Of a stretch of DNA of 64,000 nucleotides, positions 48,220 through 58,415 are shown piece by piece. The stretch spans positions 7,629-71,628 of IMG/VR virus record IMGVR_UViG_3300025600_000018; one strand, given 5' to 3'. Under the pieces are notes generated by a model that searched no databases, had not been told where the DNA came from, and saw nothing but the letters and a program-made list of their open reading frames with translations. Each line of letters opens with the position of its first letter. Within the stretch, counting starts at the first letter, position 1. The position numbers and the translations under genes were made by a program. The stretch comes from a virus. Lineage: Duplodnaviria > Caudoviricetes.

Positions 48220-48475
48220 ACTCAAATAACAATTCCATAACTATACCCAACCCAATTTATACCCTGTCAAATCAATTCCCAAATACCAACACGATACACA
48301 ATCCAGAAAATCACATAACAAATAATACAAAATGTATAAGAATTATATATAACAAAAAGCAACCTAATAATATTGCAATTTGGAAAAGTAACTTAAATTG
48401 GTTGCATAATTAAATCAGATCAAAATCCAAATAACATCAAAATAAAAATAATTCCACAAAATCACAAAATAACAC

Positions 48476-48504
48476 TTGACAAATATTCCCACATCATATA
48501 TAAT
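48476..48504 (+). promoter_or_regulatory. Consensus sigmaA promoter starting the right arm
   Basis: TTGACA-17-TATAAT with A-rich UP element. Confidence 0.85.
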
Positions 48505-48798
48505 AAAAGTGTAAACAAGTAAAATAAATGAAACCCACAAAACAGAATCACAAATAGGAGGCGAAAATTATGTCAAATCTAAATGTAATTAATCAATAGC
48601 AAATTTATATAATCAATTCACACCCTTTCACAACTTAATACAACCATTTAATCTCTCAACCCTAACAACATACTCCTATACCATTACACAGCCTATAAAC
48701 ATATCGTATGAACCGCACACACATATCATAATGCAATTAGTACATAGATAATATAAATGTAATCAACAAATACACAAAATAATAGGAGGAATAAATAT

Positions 48799-49626
48799 AT
48801 GGATAAATTAACAGGTATTTATAAAATTATAAATAAGGAAAATCACAAAATATATATTGGAGAAAGTGAAGATATACCAAAACGATGGGTTGAGCATTTG
48901 ACAGATTTAGTATCCAATGAACATTGTAATAAAAAATTACAAAATGATTTTGATCAATATGGAATTAAAAATTTTAAATTTGAAGTTGTTGAATCTATTA
49001 TTTTAATAAATGAAGATAGCGAATTGAAATCAAATTTTAAATTAAAAATGACATTGCTTTGTAGAGAATTTGTTTATATTAACAAATACAACGCTATTAA
49101 AAATGGATATAATATAGTAAATTCTCTAAAGGATATAGTTGTAAATAATCATGATATTTATCAAAGAGATAAAATTGCTGATGATAAAATGAAAGACATG
49201 ATACATAATTTTCTTAAAGATAATCCAAACTTAATTAAAGAAGAAAATATTATTAAGTTGGAAAATGTTAATAAATCTTCACATAAAAATACAACAGATA
49301 ATAAAACTTTAACAGAAATTTATAAAGATTTTAAAGAAGATGGTATAATTTCTTATGTAATGTTAATAAATGATTTTAGGAAGATTCTTGGGAATAATAA
49401 TATAATATATTTTAAAGATCATTCTTGGTATCCAACTGATATATCATTAAATGATAATCTAATTATATTAGGAAAAGAGCAAAAAAACAATTATGGATTC
49501 AAATATAATCAGATAGTGGTTACAGAAAAAGGAATAGACTTTATTAAAAATATTTTCAAGGTTAAAATTGATACAAGTGTAGATTTCATAGAGATAGATA
49601 TAAACACCTTATCAGAATGTGAATAA
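48799..49626 (+). CDS. GIY-YIG domain protein with C-terminal KilAC/ANT-like domain
   Basis: GIYKIINKENHKIYIGES...RWVEH N-terminus; C-terminal QIVVTEKGIDFI antirepressor-like motif. Confidence 0.7.
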   Translation: MDKLTGIYKIINKENHKIYIGESEDIPKRWVEHLTDLVSNEHCNKKLQNDFDQYGIKNFKFEVVESIILINEDSELKSNFKLKMTLLCREFVYINKYNAIKNGYNIVNSLKDIVVNNHDIYQRDKIADDKMKDMIHNFLKDNPNLIKEENIIKLENVNKSSHKNTTDNKTLTEIYKDFKEDGIISYVMLINDFRKILGNNNIIYFKDHSWYPTDISLNDNLIILGKEQKNNYGFKYNQIVVTEKGIDFIKNIFKVKIDTSVDFIEIDINTLSECE

Positions 49627-49690
49627 AACAACAATAACAATAATATATAACATCAAATAAAAATAAATCCAAAATAATCTAATTACCCTA

Positions 49691-49719
49691 TTGACAACCA
49701 TGCAAATATCATATATACT
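49691..49719 (+). promoter_or_regulatory. sigmaA promoter for the Rep-like gene
   Basis: TTGACA-17-TATACT. Confidence 0.8.
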
Positions 49720-49801
49720 GTAATTGTAGTAAACACATAATATAAAAGAAATAACAATTATTAACACACAATATTACAAAAAAGGATGTGAAAACTAATA
49801 G

Positions 49802-50410
49802 ATGTCAAAGCAATCCAATTCACAGCAATACATAACAGTACCATTCATCTTAATAGAAAATAAAGAAGGACAAGCAAAAGTCAAACCCAATACAACATAT
49901 CTGTATATGATGCTCAAGACATATAACACAAAAACAAATATAGTATCAATAAGGCAAAAGGCATTACTCAAAAAACTTAAATGGAATGATAACAGAACAT
50001 TAAAGAAACATCTGCAAGAATTAAAGTCCATGCAGCTAATAGAATATGATTTCACAGAACTGCCAATACACTCTGATCTACAAATCAAGTTCACTCCCAC
50101 AGAAAGTTATTACAAAACACTTACAATACATATGATTAATAAAATACAAGAATCATGTACCATAAACATAGAGCAAACAATAAGACTGTTTATGTATTAT
50201 TATCTGAAAGTGAATAATGAGTGGGGGTATGCATGGGTATCATATGATGACATAAACCAATATGCCAGAATCAGAAAATCATATATCAAATCACTTAATG
50301 ATGAAATGCAGAAAAACAAATTAATAGAAATTGATTTAGGTGAATGGTATGAAAATGCATATGAGGATGTAATCAAGGAAAGAAACAAATACAACGTGAT
50401 ACTGGAATAA
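49802..50410 (+). CDS. Tandem winged-helix protein, putative replication initiator
   Basis: Two wHTH-like repeats (YLYMMLK...NRTLKKHLQELKSMQLIEY; RLFMYYYLK...KSLNDEMQKNKLIEI); iterons downstream. Confidence 0.55.
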   Translation: MSKQSNSQQYITVPFILIENKEGQAKVKPNTTYLYMMLKTYNTKTNIVSIRQKALLKKLKWNDNRTLKKHLQELKSMQLIEYDFTELPIHSDLQIKFTPTESYYKTLTIHMINKIQESCTINIEQTIRLFMYYYLKVNNEWGYAWVSYDDINQYARIRKSYIKSLNDEMQKNKLIEIDLGEWYENAYEDVIKERNKYNVILE

Positions 50411-50675
50411 ACCAAAACAACAAATATAATTATGCAACAACCAAAGAATGTGTAAGTGAATAAACCAAAGTGAATCCAAACCAAACATACAACCAACCAT
50501 AATGCAATCCAAACCAAAAGTGAAACAGCCAAAGCCAATGTGAATCCAATAACCAATGTATGTCCGCAACCACCGTTTCCCAGTCGTAATCCAAAGTCCA
50601 AAATTATGCAGCGCATAAATTATAATTAGTAATATATAGTTAGTAACGTATAGTTAGTATACTAGTTATATATAC

Positions 50676-50758
50676 AGTCCCATTTATGCAAGGTAAGTCT
50701 GCATTTTTGGGACTCAAAGGTTGCATAAATGGGACTCAATGTTTGCATTTTTGGGACT
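50676..50758. repeat. Iteron-like 16-bp repeats TTGCATWWWTGGGACT
   Basis: Inverted copy at 50676; direct copies at 50699, 50721, 50743 (22-bp period); preceded by AT-rich TAGTTA repeats. Confidence 0.85.
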
Positions 50759-50860
50759 ATTAGCAATAATGCGGTCTGAGAGGGTGTTTGGGAATTTAGA
50801 GGTTAAAATAGCACAAAACAAGCAAAATAAAAGTAATTAAAATTTAAGGAGAAATAAAAT

Positions 50861-51895
50861 ATGTTAATTAATATTGAGGATGTAAAAGTATCAGATAGAA
50901 TTAGAAAAGATTATGGGAATATTGATGAACTGGCACAGGATATTAAATCAAATGGTTTAATTAACCCTCCAGTAGTTACACCTGACTACCAACTTATTGC
51001 AGGTGAACGCAGACTCAGAGCTTTAAAGAGTTTAGATTATAAACAAATTGAAGTTAGAGTTATGACTGTCAAAGATGCACTTCATCAATTGAAACTTGAA
51101 ATTAGTGAGAATGAAAATCGTAAAGATTTTAGTTTTAATGAAAAGATGGCTTGGGCAAAGATGTTAGAAGAAGAATATAGAAAGATTGCAAAAGATAATT
51201 CTTTGAAGGGGATAACCAGTGGTTCAAATGACCCAGTGGTTGGAAGAGTAAGAGATAAAGTAGCTGAATCTGTAGGATTTAGTAGTGGAACTACATATGA
51301 TCGTGCAAAATACATATCAGATAATGCGAATGAAGAAACTATTAAGAAACTTGATGCTGGTGATTTAAGTATTAATAAAGCTTATCAAGATTTAAAACAA
51401 CAAAAACAATCTCTTGAACAACAATTGGAAACAGAAAGAAATAAATTACCTAAGACTATTGATAAGACTGATTATACTACAATTAATCAACTCAAGTCAG
51501 AAATAAATAGTAATAGTAGTAAAGTAAAAACTTTAGAAACAGAAGCAGAGTCATACCGTAAAAAATATATTAATACATTAGATCAACTTCAAATAGAGCA
51601 AGGAAAAGTATCTCAATTTATGGGAGAAAGTACACATTTTGAATTAGTATCCTCAACAAGTGAACTCACTTTAAAGATGATTAATTTTATTAGAGATATG
51701 TCAAAGTATGATTATCTTGCTGAAGTATTTAATGAGATACCAGACGCCACAAGGAAAGAATATGTAAGAAGTATTTATGGAATTTATAAATGGGCAAGGA
51801 ATATTCTTAATCAAGTAAAACATGATGATGTAATAGGTGTGAATCAAAATAATATAGAAATAATAAATTATACGGAGGAAAATATTAATGACTAA
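50861..51895 (+). CDS. ParB/Srx N-terminal domain protein with HTH and coiled coil
   Basis: IKSNGLINPPVV...LIAGERRLRAL...ISENENRKD. Confidence 0.85.
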   Translation: MLINIEDVKVSDRIRKDYGNIDELAQDIKSNGLINPPVVTPDYQLIAGERRLRALKSLDYKQIEVRVMTVKDALHQLKLEISENENRKDFSFNEKMAWAKMLEEEYRKIAKDNSLKGITSGSNDPVVGRVRDKVAESVGFSSGTTYDRAKYISDNANEETIKKLDAGDLSINKAYQDLKQQKQSLEQQLETERNKLPKTIDKTDYTTINQLKSEINSNSSKVKTLETEAESYRKKYINTLDQLQIEQGKVSQFMGESTHFELVSSTSELTLKMINFIRDMSKYDYLAEVFNEIPDATRKEYVRSIYGIYKWARNILNQVKHDDVIGVNQNNIEIINYTEENIND

Positions 51896-52481
51896 TGAAT
51901 TAGAAGTAAGAGTAAGCAAATTAGAAGGGGTTACAAATAAATTAGCTGGCTTAGCAAATAATTTACAGACTGGACAAATGACAATTGTCGAAGTAATACA
52001 GGAATTAGGTCTTTCTATTGGAACTGAAATTAGAGAAGTAGTTTCAATAGAGATAGAAGCAAAATCTAAGGAAATTGGTCAACAAACAATAATTCAAATA
52101 ACAGATGCAGAAAAAGATATAGAAGATATTAAAAATAGGTTAAAAGAAAAAGGATTAGATAGACATCAAGCTAATAAAATAACGCAAAAGATTGCATTAA
52201 GAACGCACAAATTAGTAGGTTCTAAAGATTCTATAAAATATATTTTGTTTTATGGTGCTTATAGAGGAAGAATTAACAAAGTATTAAGACAGCATTATGA
52301 TGTTCCATCTTATAAAGATATTGCTCCATATGAATTTGAAGAAGCTTTGAAGATGATTGATTTAATAACTCCAGAATCATGGTTTGACGATTTTATCATT
52401 ACAAAATGGAAAGAGAAAGATCAAGATGGCGAATTAAAACCTAAAGAACAAAAGGCTTTAAAAAAATATTTAGAAAATTAA
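51888..52481 (+). CDS. ORF6C-domain protein (antirepressor-like)
   Basis: VPSYKDIAPYEFEEALKMI ORF6C pattern. Confidence 0.7.
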   Translation: MTNELEVRVSKLEGVTNKLAGLANNLQTGQMTIVEVIQELGLSIGTEIREVVSIEIEAKSKEIGQQTIIQITDAEKDIEDIKNRLKEKGLDRHQANKITQKIALRTHKLVGSKDSIKYILFYGAYRGRINKVLRQHYDVPSYKDIAPYEFEEALKMIDLITPESWFDDFIITKWKEKDQDGELKPKEQKALKKYLEN

Positions 52482-52517
52482 AACAAGTAAAATAAAATAA
52501 TGGAATATTGAAATGAG

Positions 52518-52916
52518 GTGAAAATTATAAACACTCTAACAAATACAAAAGCAATTCTATTTTGGCAAGAATACATTGATGACTCTTATATATTATCTGT
52601 TCAAACAACAAATCTTGAAAATTCAGTTCTCCTACTTGAACAAATCTTCATGGCTAAATTCATAATCACCCAGCTTCAATCACTTATTCCTGAACAAGAT
52701 AAACTTTGTCAATTCATTCAAATCCCATTTGATGCAGATGATTATGAAGATGAGTTTGAGGAAGAAGATGAGGATGAACCAGCAGATACATATTGCTGTT
52801 CAAATTGTGATACACATTTTATCGATTTAGATGCAGATTTAGAAGATGGATTTAAGTATTGTCCATTGTGTGGATACAAGATTAGTGAATATATTGGTTT
52901 GAATGAAATGGTGTAA
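52518..52916 (+). CDS. Hypothetical protein with acidic tract and C-terminal zinc ribbon
   Basis: CCSNC...YCPLCG. Confidence 0.55.
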   Translation: MKIINTLTNTKAILFWQEYIDDSYILSVQTTNLENSVLLLEQIFMAKFIITQLQSLIPEQDKLCQFIQIPFDADDYEDEFEEEDEDEPADTYCCSNCDTHFIDLDADLEDGFKYCPLCGYKISEYIGLNEMV

Positions 52917-53156
52917 AACGTTAATATAAAAGTTCACAAACACAAAATAATTAAGTAAACCCACTATAACATTCATAACACCCCATATTAACCTCGTAGA
53001 CATCCTGCTATACTCTTTGTATCAAATTATACTCAAAACATTAGAGTGTCTATAATCGCTTAATATCAACCGTCATGAAAGTCTATGGTAAATAGAATAC
53101 AAAGCAAAAGTTAGAACAAATAAATAAAATTAAAAATTGAAAGAGGTAAAATTAAT

Positions 53157-53450
53157 ATGATTAAATTATTAAACGGCATGGCAATTGAAGCAGATAGCAC
53201 ACAGTACATTTTAGGAGATGTTACAATTCTAACAAAGAAAATTGCAAATAGCGAAGAAAAGATTCCATATGAGGGGCTTAAAAATCCTAGGTATTATACT
53301 ACCCCTGATGCAGCAGTTAAGGCTTGTGCTTCAACTCTCATAAGGCGTGAAGTAGCAAACAATGATATTACTACCTTGAATGATTTCCTTGTTAGATTTG
53401 AGAGTTTGAAGATTGAGATTAAGGATTTATTGAAAGGCTTAGAGGTATAA
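53157..53450 (+). CDS. Hypothetical phage protein
   Basis: 97-aa ORF with GAGG SD. Confidence 0.55.
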   Translation: MIKLLNGMAIEADSTQYILGDVTILTKKIANSEEKIPYEGLKNPRYYTTPDAAVKACASTLIRREVANNDITTLNDFLVRFESLKIEIKDLLKGLEV

Positions 53451-53458
53451 TATTTAAT

Positions 53459-53689
53459 ATGAAAAATCACAACATAACGGTAGAACAAATAATGGACAAC
53501 TTACTTTATGGTCAATATGATGGAATAGAATCAGACGAAAATGATTTAGATACAATACTTGCAAAGATGGATAATTATAGAAATGGCGAAAATGATTTAT
53601 GTGAGAGTGAAGTTCATGGATTAAATAGATTTGATTATGAGAGAGAATTGGAAGTTTGGGAAACGGAAGAATTAGAATTAGGAATATAA
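53459..53689 (+). CDS. Acidic hypothetical protein
   Basis: 76 aa, D/E-rich. Confidence 0.5.
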   Translation: MKNHNITVEQIMDNLLYGQYDGIESDENDLDTILAKMDNYRNGENDLCESEVHGLNRFDYERELEVWETEELELGI

Positions 53690-53740
53690 TTAGTGCAATT
53701 AGTATGACAACAACAAAATAAAAGATAGGAGAAATATAAA

Positions 53741-55660
53741 TTGTTAACTTGTAAAATCGGAAATAAGACCATTAACTGTTTTGATGGAGAACACTCCAAA
53801 GAAACATTTAAGAAGTGGGCAGAAAAGAATATTCTCATTTGCCCTGTTTGTGGAAATACATATGAATATTGTCATGGAGAATTTGTGTCACCATATTTTA
53901 GGCATAAGGATAAAAATATTTGTGAGGACTATTTTAGTGAATCAGAAACAGAAGAACATATCAAGGGTAAACAATATCTATATGAATGGACTAAGACTAT
54001 TGATGGCGTAACAGATGTAATATTAGAATCATGGATTCCAGAAACAAAACAAAGACCAGATATATCATTCAAACTAGATGGTGAGCAATATGTAATAGAA
54101 TATCAATGCACTCCAATTGCCAGTGAATATGTAAAAAGACATGAATTATATCAAACTGCTGGTATTCATGATATCTGGATATTAGGAACAAAAAAGTATT
54201 TAGAAAATTGCAAATATCAACTTGGTAGAGGAAAGACAATAGAAACCCATACTCCATATTATTTTGATATAAATGAAAAGTCACTAATTCTTCAAGGTCG
54301 CATTTTAGAAGAATCTTTACCACATAAAGAAATAAAACTTAATTTTATATATAAATTTAATTTGGCAGATTTTATTATTAACCCAAATATAAAAACTTTA
54401 AGTTTAAATAATAGTATAGTCGAAAATTTCATCATGAAAGATATAGAAAAGCATAATGAAAAATTAGAAATTATTAAAAAGAAACAAAAGATAAAGGATT
54501 ACAATTTAAAAATTATTTCAGAACTAAATGAAAAGTATGAGGATTTGAACCATAAAATTAAATTTAGTTCTGTGTTTACTAAATCCTCTTATTATTTATG
54601 GGATTTAGATTGTATATTAGGAAATCACGCTTATACATTTCTTATAAAAAATGATAGTATAGATCTTTGTTCTCATAATAAAAAATATAACGGTTATAAC
54701 AATTACTATATCAATCTAAAATCCATAGAATTTAAAAAACTTACAAAAAAAGAAATTATAAATTTTGTTAATGATAATATGAATTTTTTAAAAGAAAAAA
54801 ATATAGAAATAGAAAATCAAATTGCAAACGAAATATTAAAAAGAGAGAATGCAAAACTAAAAAGAGATCAAGAAAAATTAGATAGAAAAATAGCAAGAGA
54901 AAAAGAAAAAAAGGAATATGATATTATGAAAGAAAACAAATATAAAAACATATTAGAACAAATAATAAAAATATTTAATAATAATATTAATGAAATTTTA
55001 GAATATAGACTTGATAATTCTTTACTTGAAAAGTCAGCAGTTTTATTTTTTAAAAATAATAAAAATATAAATTATATAGTATGTTTAGATTCTGATTATT
55101 ATAAAATAAAATACTTAATTAATGAAAATATTAATCATATTTTGATTGATATAAACAATTTCTATGACGAAAATAGTATATTTATAAGCAAGGTAAATGA
55201 TGATTATAGAATAAGTCAATACATTCATAACTTACCTAAATACAATTTAATTAATTCATTAAAAGAATATAGAGTAAATCACTTTACTTTTAAAAAGTTT
55301 AATGGATATTATAATTTAGATAAATTTAATTTTGTTAAAGCTACAATACAATTAGAAAATATGTATTCTAAAATTAAAGAGTATATAGATAATTATTGTA
55401 ATAATCTTAAAATATATAATAATTTAATAATACATGAAAAATACAATGATATAACAAATAGTGATATAAATAATTCAATAAATAAAATTTTGTATCCTTT
55501 GATTTATTTAGCAGATAAAAACAAACATCTAGATATTTTAAATATCACTTTTAATGTGGATTTTACATTAATTGATAATAATCATCAACCTTGGATAATA
55601 AAAGATTTTATTAATGCTCTTAATTTAATAGGAATTAAAAATATAGAAAATATAAAATAA
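53741..55660 (+). CDS. CoiA-like nuclease-domain protein with long C-terminal extension
   Basis: LICPVCG, PYFRH, ESETEEHIKGK, RPDISF, IEYQC, IWILG. Confidence 0.75.
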   Translation: MLTCKIGNKTINCFDGEHSKETFKKWAEKNILICPVCGNTYEYCHGEFVSPYFRHKDKNICEDYFSESETEEHIKGKQYLYEWTKTIDGVTDVILESWIPETKQRPDISFKLDGEQYVIEYQCTPIASEYVKRHELYQTAGIHDIWILGTKKYLENCKYQLGRGKTIETHTPYYFDINEKSLILQGRILEESLPHKEIKLNFIYKFNLADFIINPNIKTLSLNNSIVENFIMKDIEKHNEKLEIIKKKQKIKDYNLKIISELNEKYEDLNHKIKFSSVFTKSSYYLWDLDCILGNHAYTFLIKNDSIDLCSHNKKYNGYNNYYINLKSIEFKKLTKKEIINFVNDNMNFLKEKNIEIENQIANEILKRENAKLKRDQEKLDRKIAREKEKKEYDIMKENKYKNILEQIIKIFNNNINEILEYRLDNSLLEKSAVLFFKNNKNINYIVCLDSDYYKIKYLINENINHILIDINNFYDENSIFISKVNDDYRISQYIHNLPKYNLINSLKEYRVNHFTFKKFNGYYNLDKFNFVKATIQLENMYSKIKEYIDNYCNNLKIYNNLIIHEKYNDITNSDINNSINKILYPLIYLADKNKHLDILNITFNVDFTLIDNNHQPWIIKDFINALNLIGIKNIENIK

Positions 55661-55676
55661 TAGGAGGATAACAACA

Positions 55677-58415
55677 TTGCCTAATCGCCAATTTTACACA
55701 ATGAAGTTCAAGTCATCAAGACTTAAAGAATTTAATTATAACATAACACTAAATTTTAATGAAGCAAAAGAACTTGGCGAAATAATCGCACTTGCAGACA
55801 ATCAAATGCTTCGCAGTATTAAAAAAATAACAGAGCATAATATTAATTTAGACACATTAGAGGAATGGTACTCATTTAGAGATAAATTGAAAAAACAGCC
55901 AAAATCTATCGAAAATTCAAGAAAAATCATAGAATATCAGCAAAATATTGATAAAATGATGTTTATTCCTGAATATTTGACTGTTGTAATAGAGCATAAA
56001 TCTCACTATAAATATCTGTTTAACAATGGATTAAAATTGAATGGACAAATATATAAAAGATTCTCATGTTCGGCAGGTCAAGCAAGAGCATCCACTGTAG
56101 TTTTTGTAAATGAAACAGTATTTGATGCTTTACAGATAGCTTTAAACAATGGTAGAAATCTTAATAAGGAACTTACTCCTAGTAAATATAATGCTTACTT
56201 TGGATTGAATGGATCAGCCACTAAAACTGTAAGCACACCTAAATTTTGTGTAGTTCCTGACTATGTTAGTTCAATGATAATTGAAGTTGACTATGTAACT
56301 GAAACAGATTTAGATTCTGATGACAAAATTGAAAAAAAAGTAATCGAAATGGACTTTACAAGAAATGACGGAATGGGACTATTGGATATTTCTCGTGCTA
56401 CTATGTGGGCAGATGAATTGGGATTAGATTATGTGCCTGCACAATGGTGTGTACGTCAGAATTTCTTAAAAGGAATGCTTCAGACTTTTGGAATACATGA
56501 CTTTTGTGATTTGAAAAACAATAAGAACTATAACATCAAAACAAGCTATAAAGATACTGATGATAATAATATAATTGTAAATATTAAAGATTATGATGTA
56601 ATTCTTACTGAAAGTCAATTCAAGCTATGGGATTCATTTGACAGCTTAGAACAATATGAATCCAATTGTATAGAAAATGGTTTAACATGGGGCGTATCTT
56701 TATATTCTCCTAAACAGCCAAAGGACATACTAAATCTTAACTACCAGTTTATTCAATCTCTAAAACTCAACAAGCAAGATATTAAAGAATTATGTACAAA
56801 ATTTGTTGACTGGATAAATGGAGTAAATTATAGTGATATAGATTATACATATCTATTTTTGCTTGGAGAAAACCATACAAAAGAAACTATTGAAAAATAT
56901 TTAAAAGAATCGGATAATTATTGGGTAAAAAGTCTGATAATTAACCCAGATATAAAAAATGACAAATACATAAGAGATAAAATATATAATTTGATTAAGA
57001 CTAAAATTAAAAAGGCTTGTCTTGGTGAAATTATTACAGATGGCAATTTCCAGACACTTGTAAGTGATCCATATGCCTTAATGCAACATGTTTGTGGACT
57101 TGAGGCAACTGGATTACTTAATAAAAATGAATATTATTCTGGTTACTGGAATAAGAAAAATATTAAGGTAATAGACGGTATGCGTTCTCCCCTCACCTAC
57201 CGTAGTGAACATCTTATTTTAAATCTAAAAGAAAATGATGAAACAAATTATTGGTATCAATACGCTGCGGATTCAGGAATTATAATGAATTGGTTTGGTG
57301 AAGAAACTTTACATTTTGGTGGAGCGGATTTTGATTTTGATATTTTGGCAACCACTAGTAATAAGCAGGTTATTGACGGAGTTTATAAAGATGAATTGGC
57401 AGTTGTATATGATCCTCCAAAGCCATCAAAAATGATAATATCACCGCAAGAATTATATAATGCTGATACATTTGCATTTGGTTCTATTATCGGTCAGATT
57501 ACAAATAAAAGTACAAGTGCCTATGCTTTACTACCCACCTTTAAAAGTGAATCTGAAGAATATAATATTACATTAAGCAGATTAAAACAATGTTGTAAAG
57601 CTCAATCGGCACAAATAGATAAAGCAAAAATAGGCAGAGAAGTAAAGGGTATTCCTAAAGGTTGGATAGATAAAAATGTTTGTAAAAATGAAATACTGCT
57701 TTTGGACAAGCATCCTTATTTCTTTATTTACCTATATTATGAAACAAAGCGAAAATATAAAAATCATCTTGAATCTTATGACTTAACTTGTAAACAAAAA
57801 TTTAATATTGGAATGCCTGAACTAATAAATAAGAAACGCAAAACAAAAGTGGAGCAAGATTACATTGATTTGTATAATAAGTATTTACCAGTCATAGATA
57901 GTGATTGTGAAATGAATAATTTGTGTAAATATATTGAATCAGTTAATTTTGACTTGAAATCCAAATTGAAAATACAAGTTGATAAAAATTTTATAGATTC
58001 ATATAAGTCAAAGAATCAAAAATATGATGAGTATACAGCTAATATAATTCTTGAAGAATATAGGCTAATTATAAAAGAGATAAAAGAACAAAATGATATT
58101 GGATTAGTCAATTCAAGACAAGATAGATTTAGTGAGGACTTGGGAACAGAAATAAATAATATCTATGATAATTTTGAAAATAGAATGAGTAAAATATGTT
58201 CTAATGTATACGAATTACTTAATTATCTCATAGAAATATTCTATGTGCAAAAGCCAAGCTCCAACAAAGAAATTCTATGGAAAATTTATGGAAAATACAT
58301 ATACAATAACTTAAAACTCAATAATGAAAATCAAATATCCTTTCCACTTCCAAATAATAGTGGAGATATTGAGTATTTAGGTAAGAAGTTTAAAAGAGAG
58401 GCGGTTAAATTTTGA
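55677..58415 (+). CDS. yonO: YonO-type single-subunit phage RNA polymerase (eukaryotic RdRP-related)
   Basis: RNDGMG, VRQNFLKGM, RSPL, catalytic GGADFDFD, IGQITN, QSAQIDKAKIG. Confidence 0.9.
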   Translation: MPNRQFYTMKFKSSRLKEFNYNITLNFNEAKELGEIIALADNQMLRSIKKITEHNINLDTLEEWYSFRDKLKKQPKSIENSRKIIEYQQNIDKMMFIPEYLTVVIEHKSHYKYLFNNGLKLNGQIYKRFSCSAGQARASTVVFVNETVFDALQIALNNGRNLNKELTPSKYNAYFGLNGSATKTVSTPKFCVVPDYVSSMIIEVDYVTETDLDSDDKIEKKVIEMDFTRNDGMGLLDISRATMWADELGLDYVPAQWCVRQNFLKGMLQTFGIHDFCDLKNNKNYNIKTSYKDTDDNNIIVNIKDYDVILTESQFKLWDSFDSLEQYESNCIENGLTWGVSLYSPKQPKDILNLNYQFIQSLKLNKQDIKELCTKFVDWINGVNYSDIDYTYLFLLGENHTKETIEKYLKESDNYWVKSLIINPDIKNDKYIRDKIYNLIKTKIKKACLGEIITDGNFQTLVSDPYALMQHVCGLEATGLLNKNEYYSGYWNKKNIKVIDGMRSPLTYRSEHLILNLKENDETNYWYQYAADSGIIMNWFGEETLHFGGADFDFDILATTSNKQVIDGVYKDELAVVYDPPKPSKMIISPQELYNADTFAFGSIIGQITNKSTSAYALLPTFKSESEEYNITLSRLKQCCKAQSAQIDKAKIGREVKGIPKGWIDKNVCKNEILLLDKHPYFFIYLYYETKRKYKNHLESYDLTCKQKFNIGMPELINKKRKTKVEQDYIDLYNKYLPVIDSDCEMNNLCKYIESVNFDLKSKLKIQVDKNFIDSYKSKNQKYDEYTANIILEEYRLIIKEIKEQNDIGLVNSRQDRFSEDLGTEINNIYDNFENRMSKICSNVYELLNYLIEIFYVQKPSSNKEILWKIYGKYIYNNLKLNNENQISFPLPNNSGDIEYLGKKFKREAVKF

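Larger units (their letters stand above)
45930..48470. other. Non-coding divergence zone with mirror-image base skew (putative origin/control region)
   Basis: No credible ORFs; plus strand C-poor at ~46.1-47.15 kb and G-poor at ~47.5-48.4 kb. Confidence 0.75.

Noticed and set aside
46876-50758. CRISPR array interpretation of the repeats
   Set aside because: The repeats are short or degenerate, lack unique 30-40 bp spacers at constant period, and there are no cas genes.
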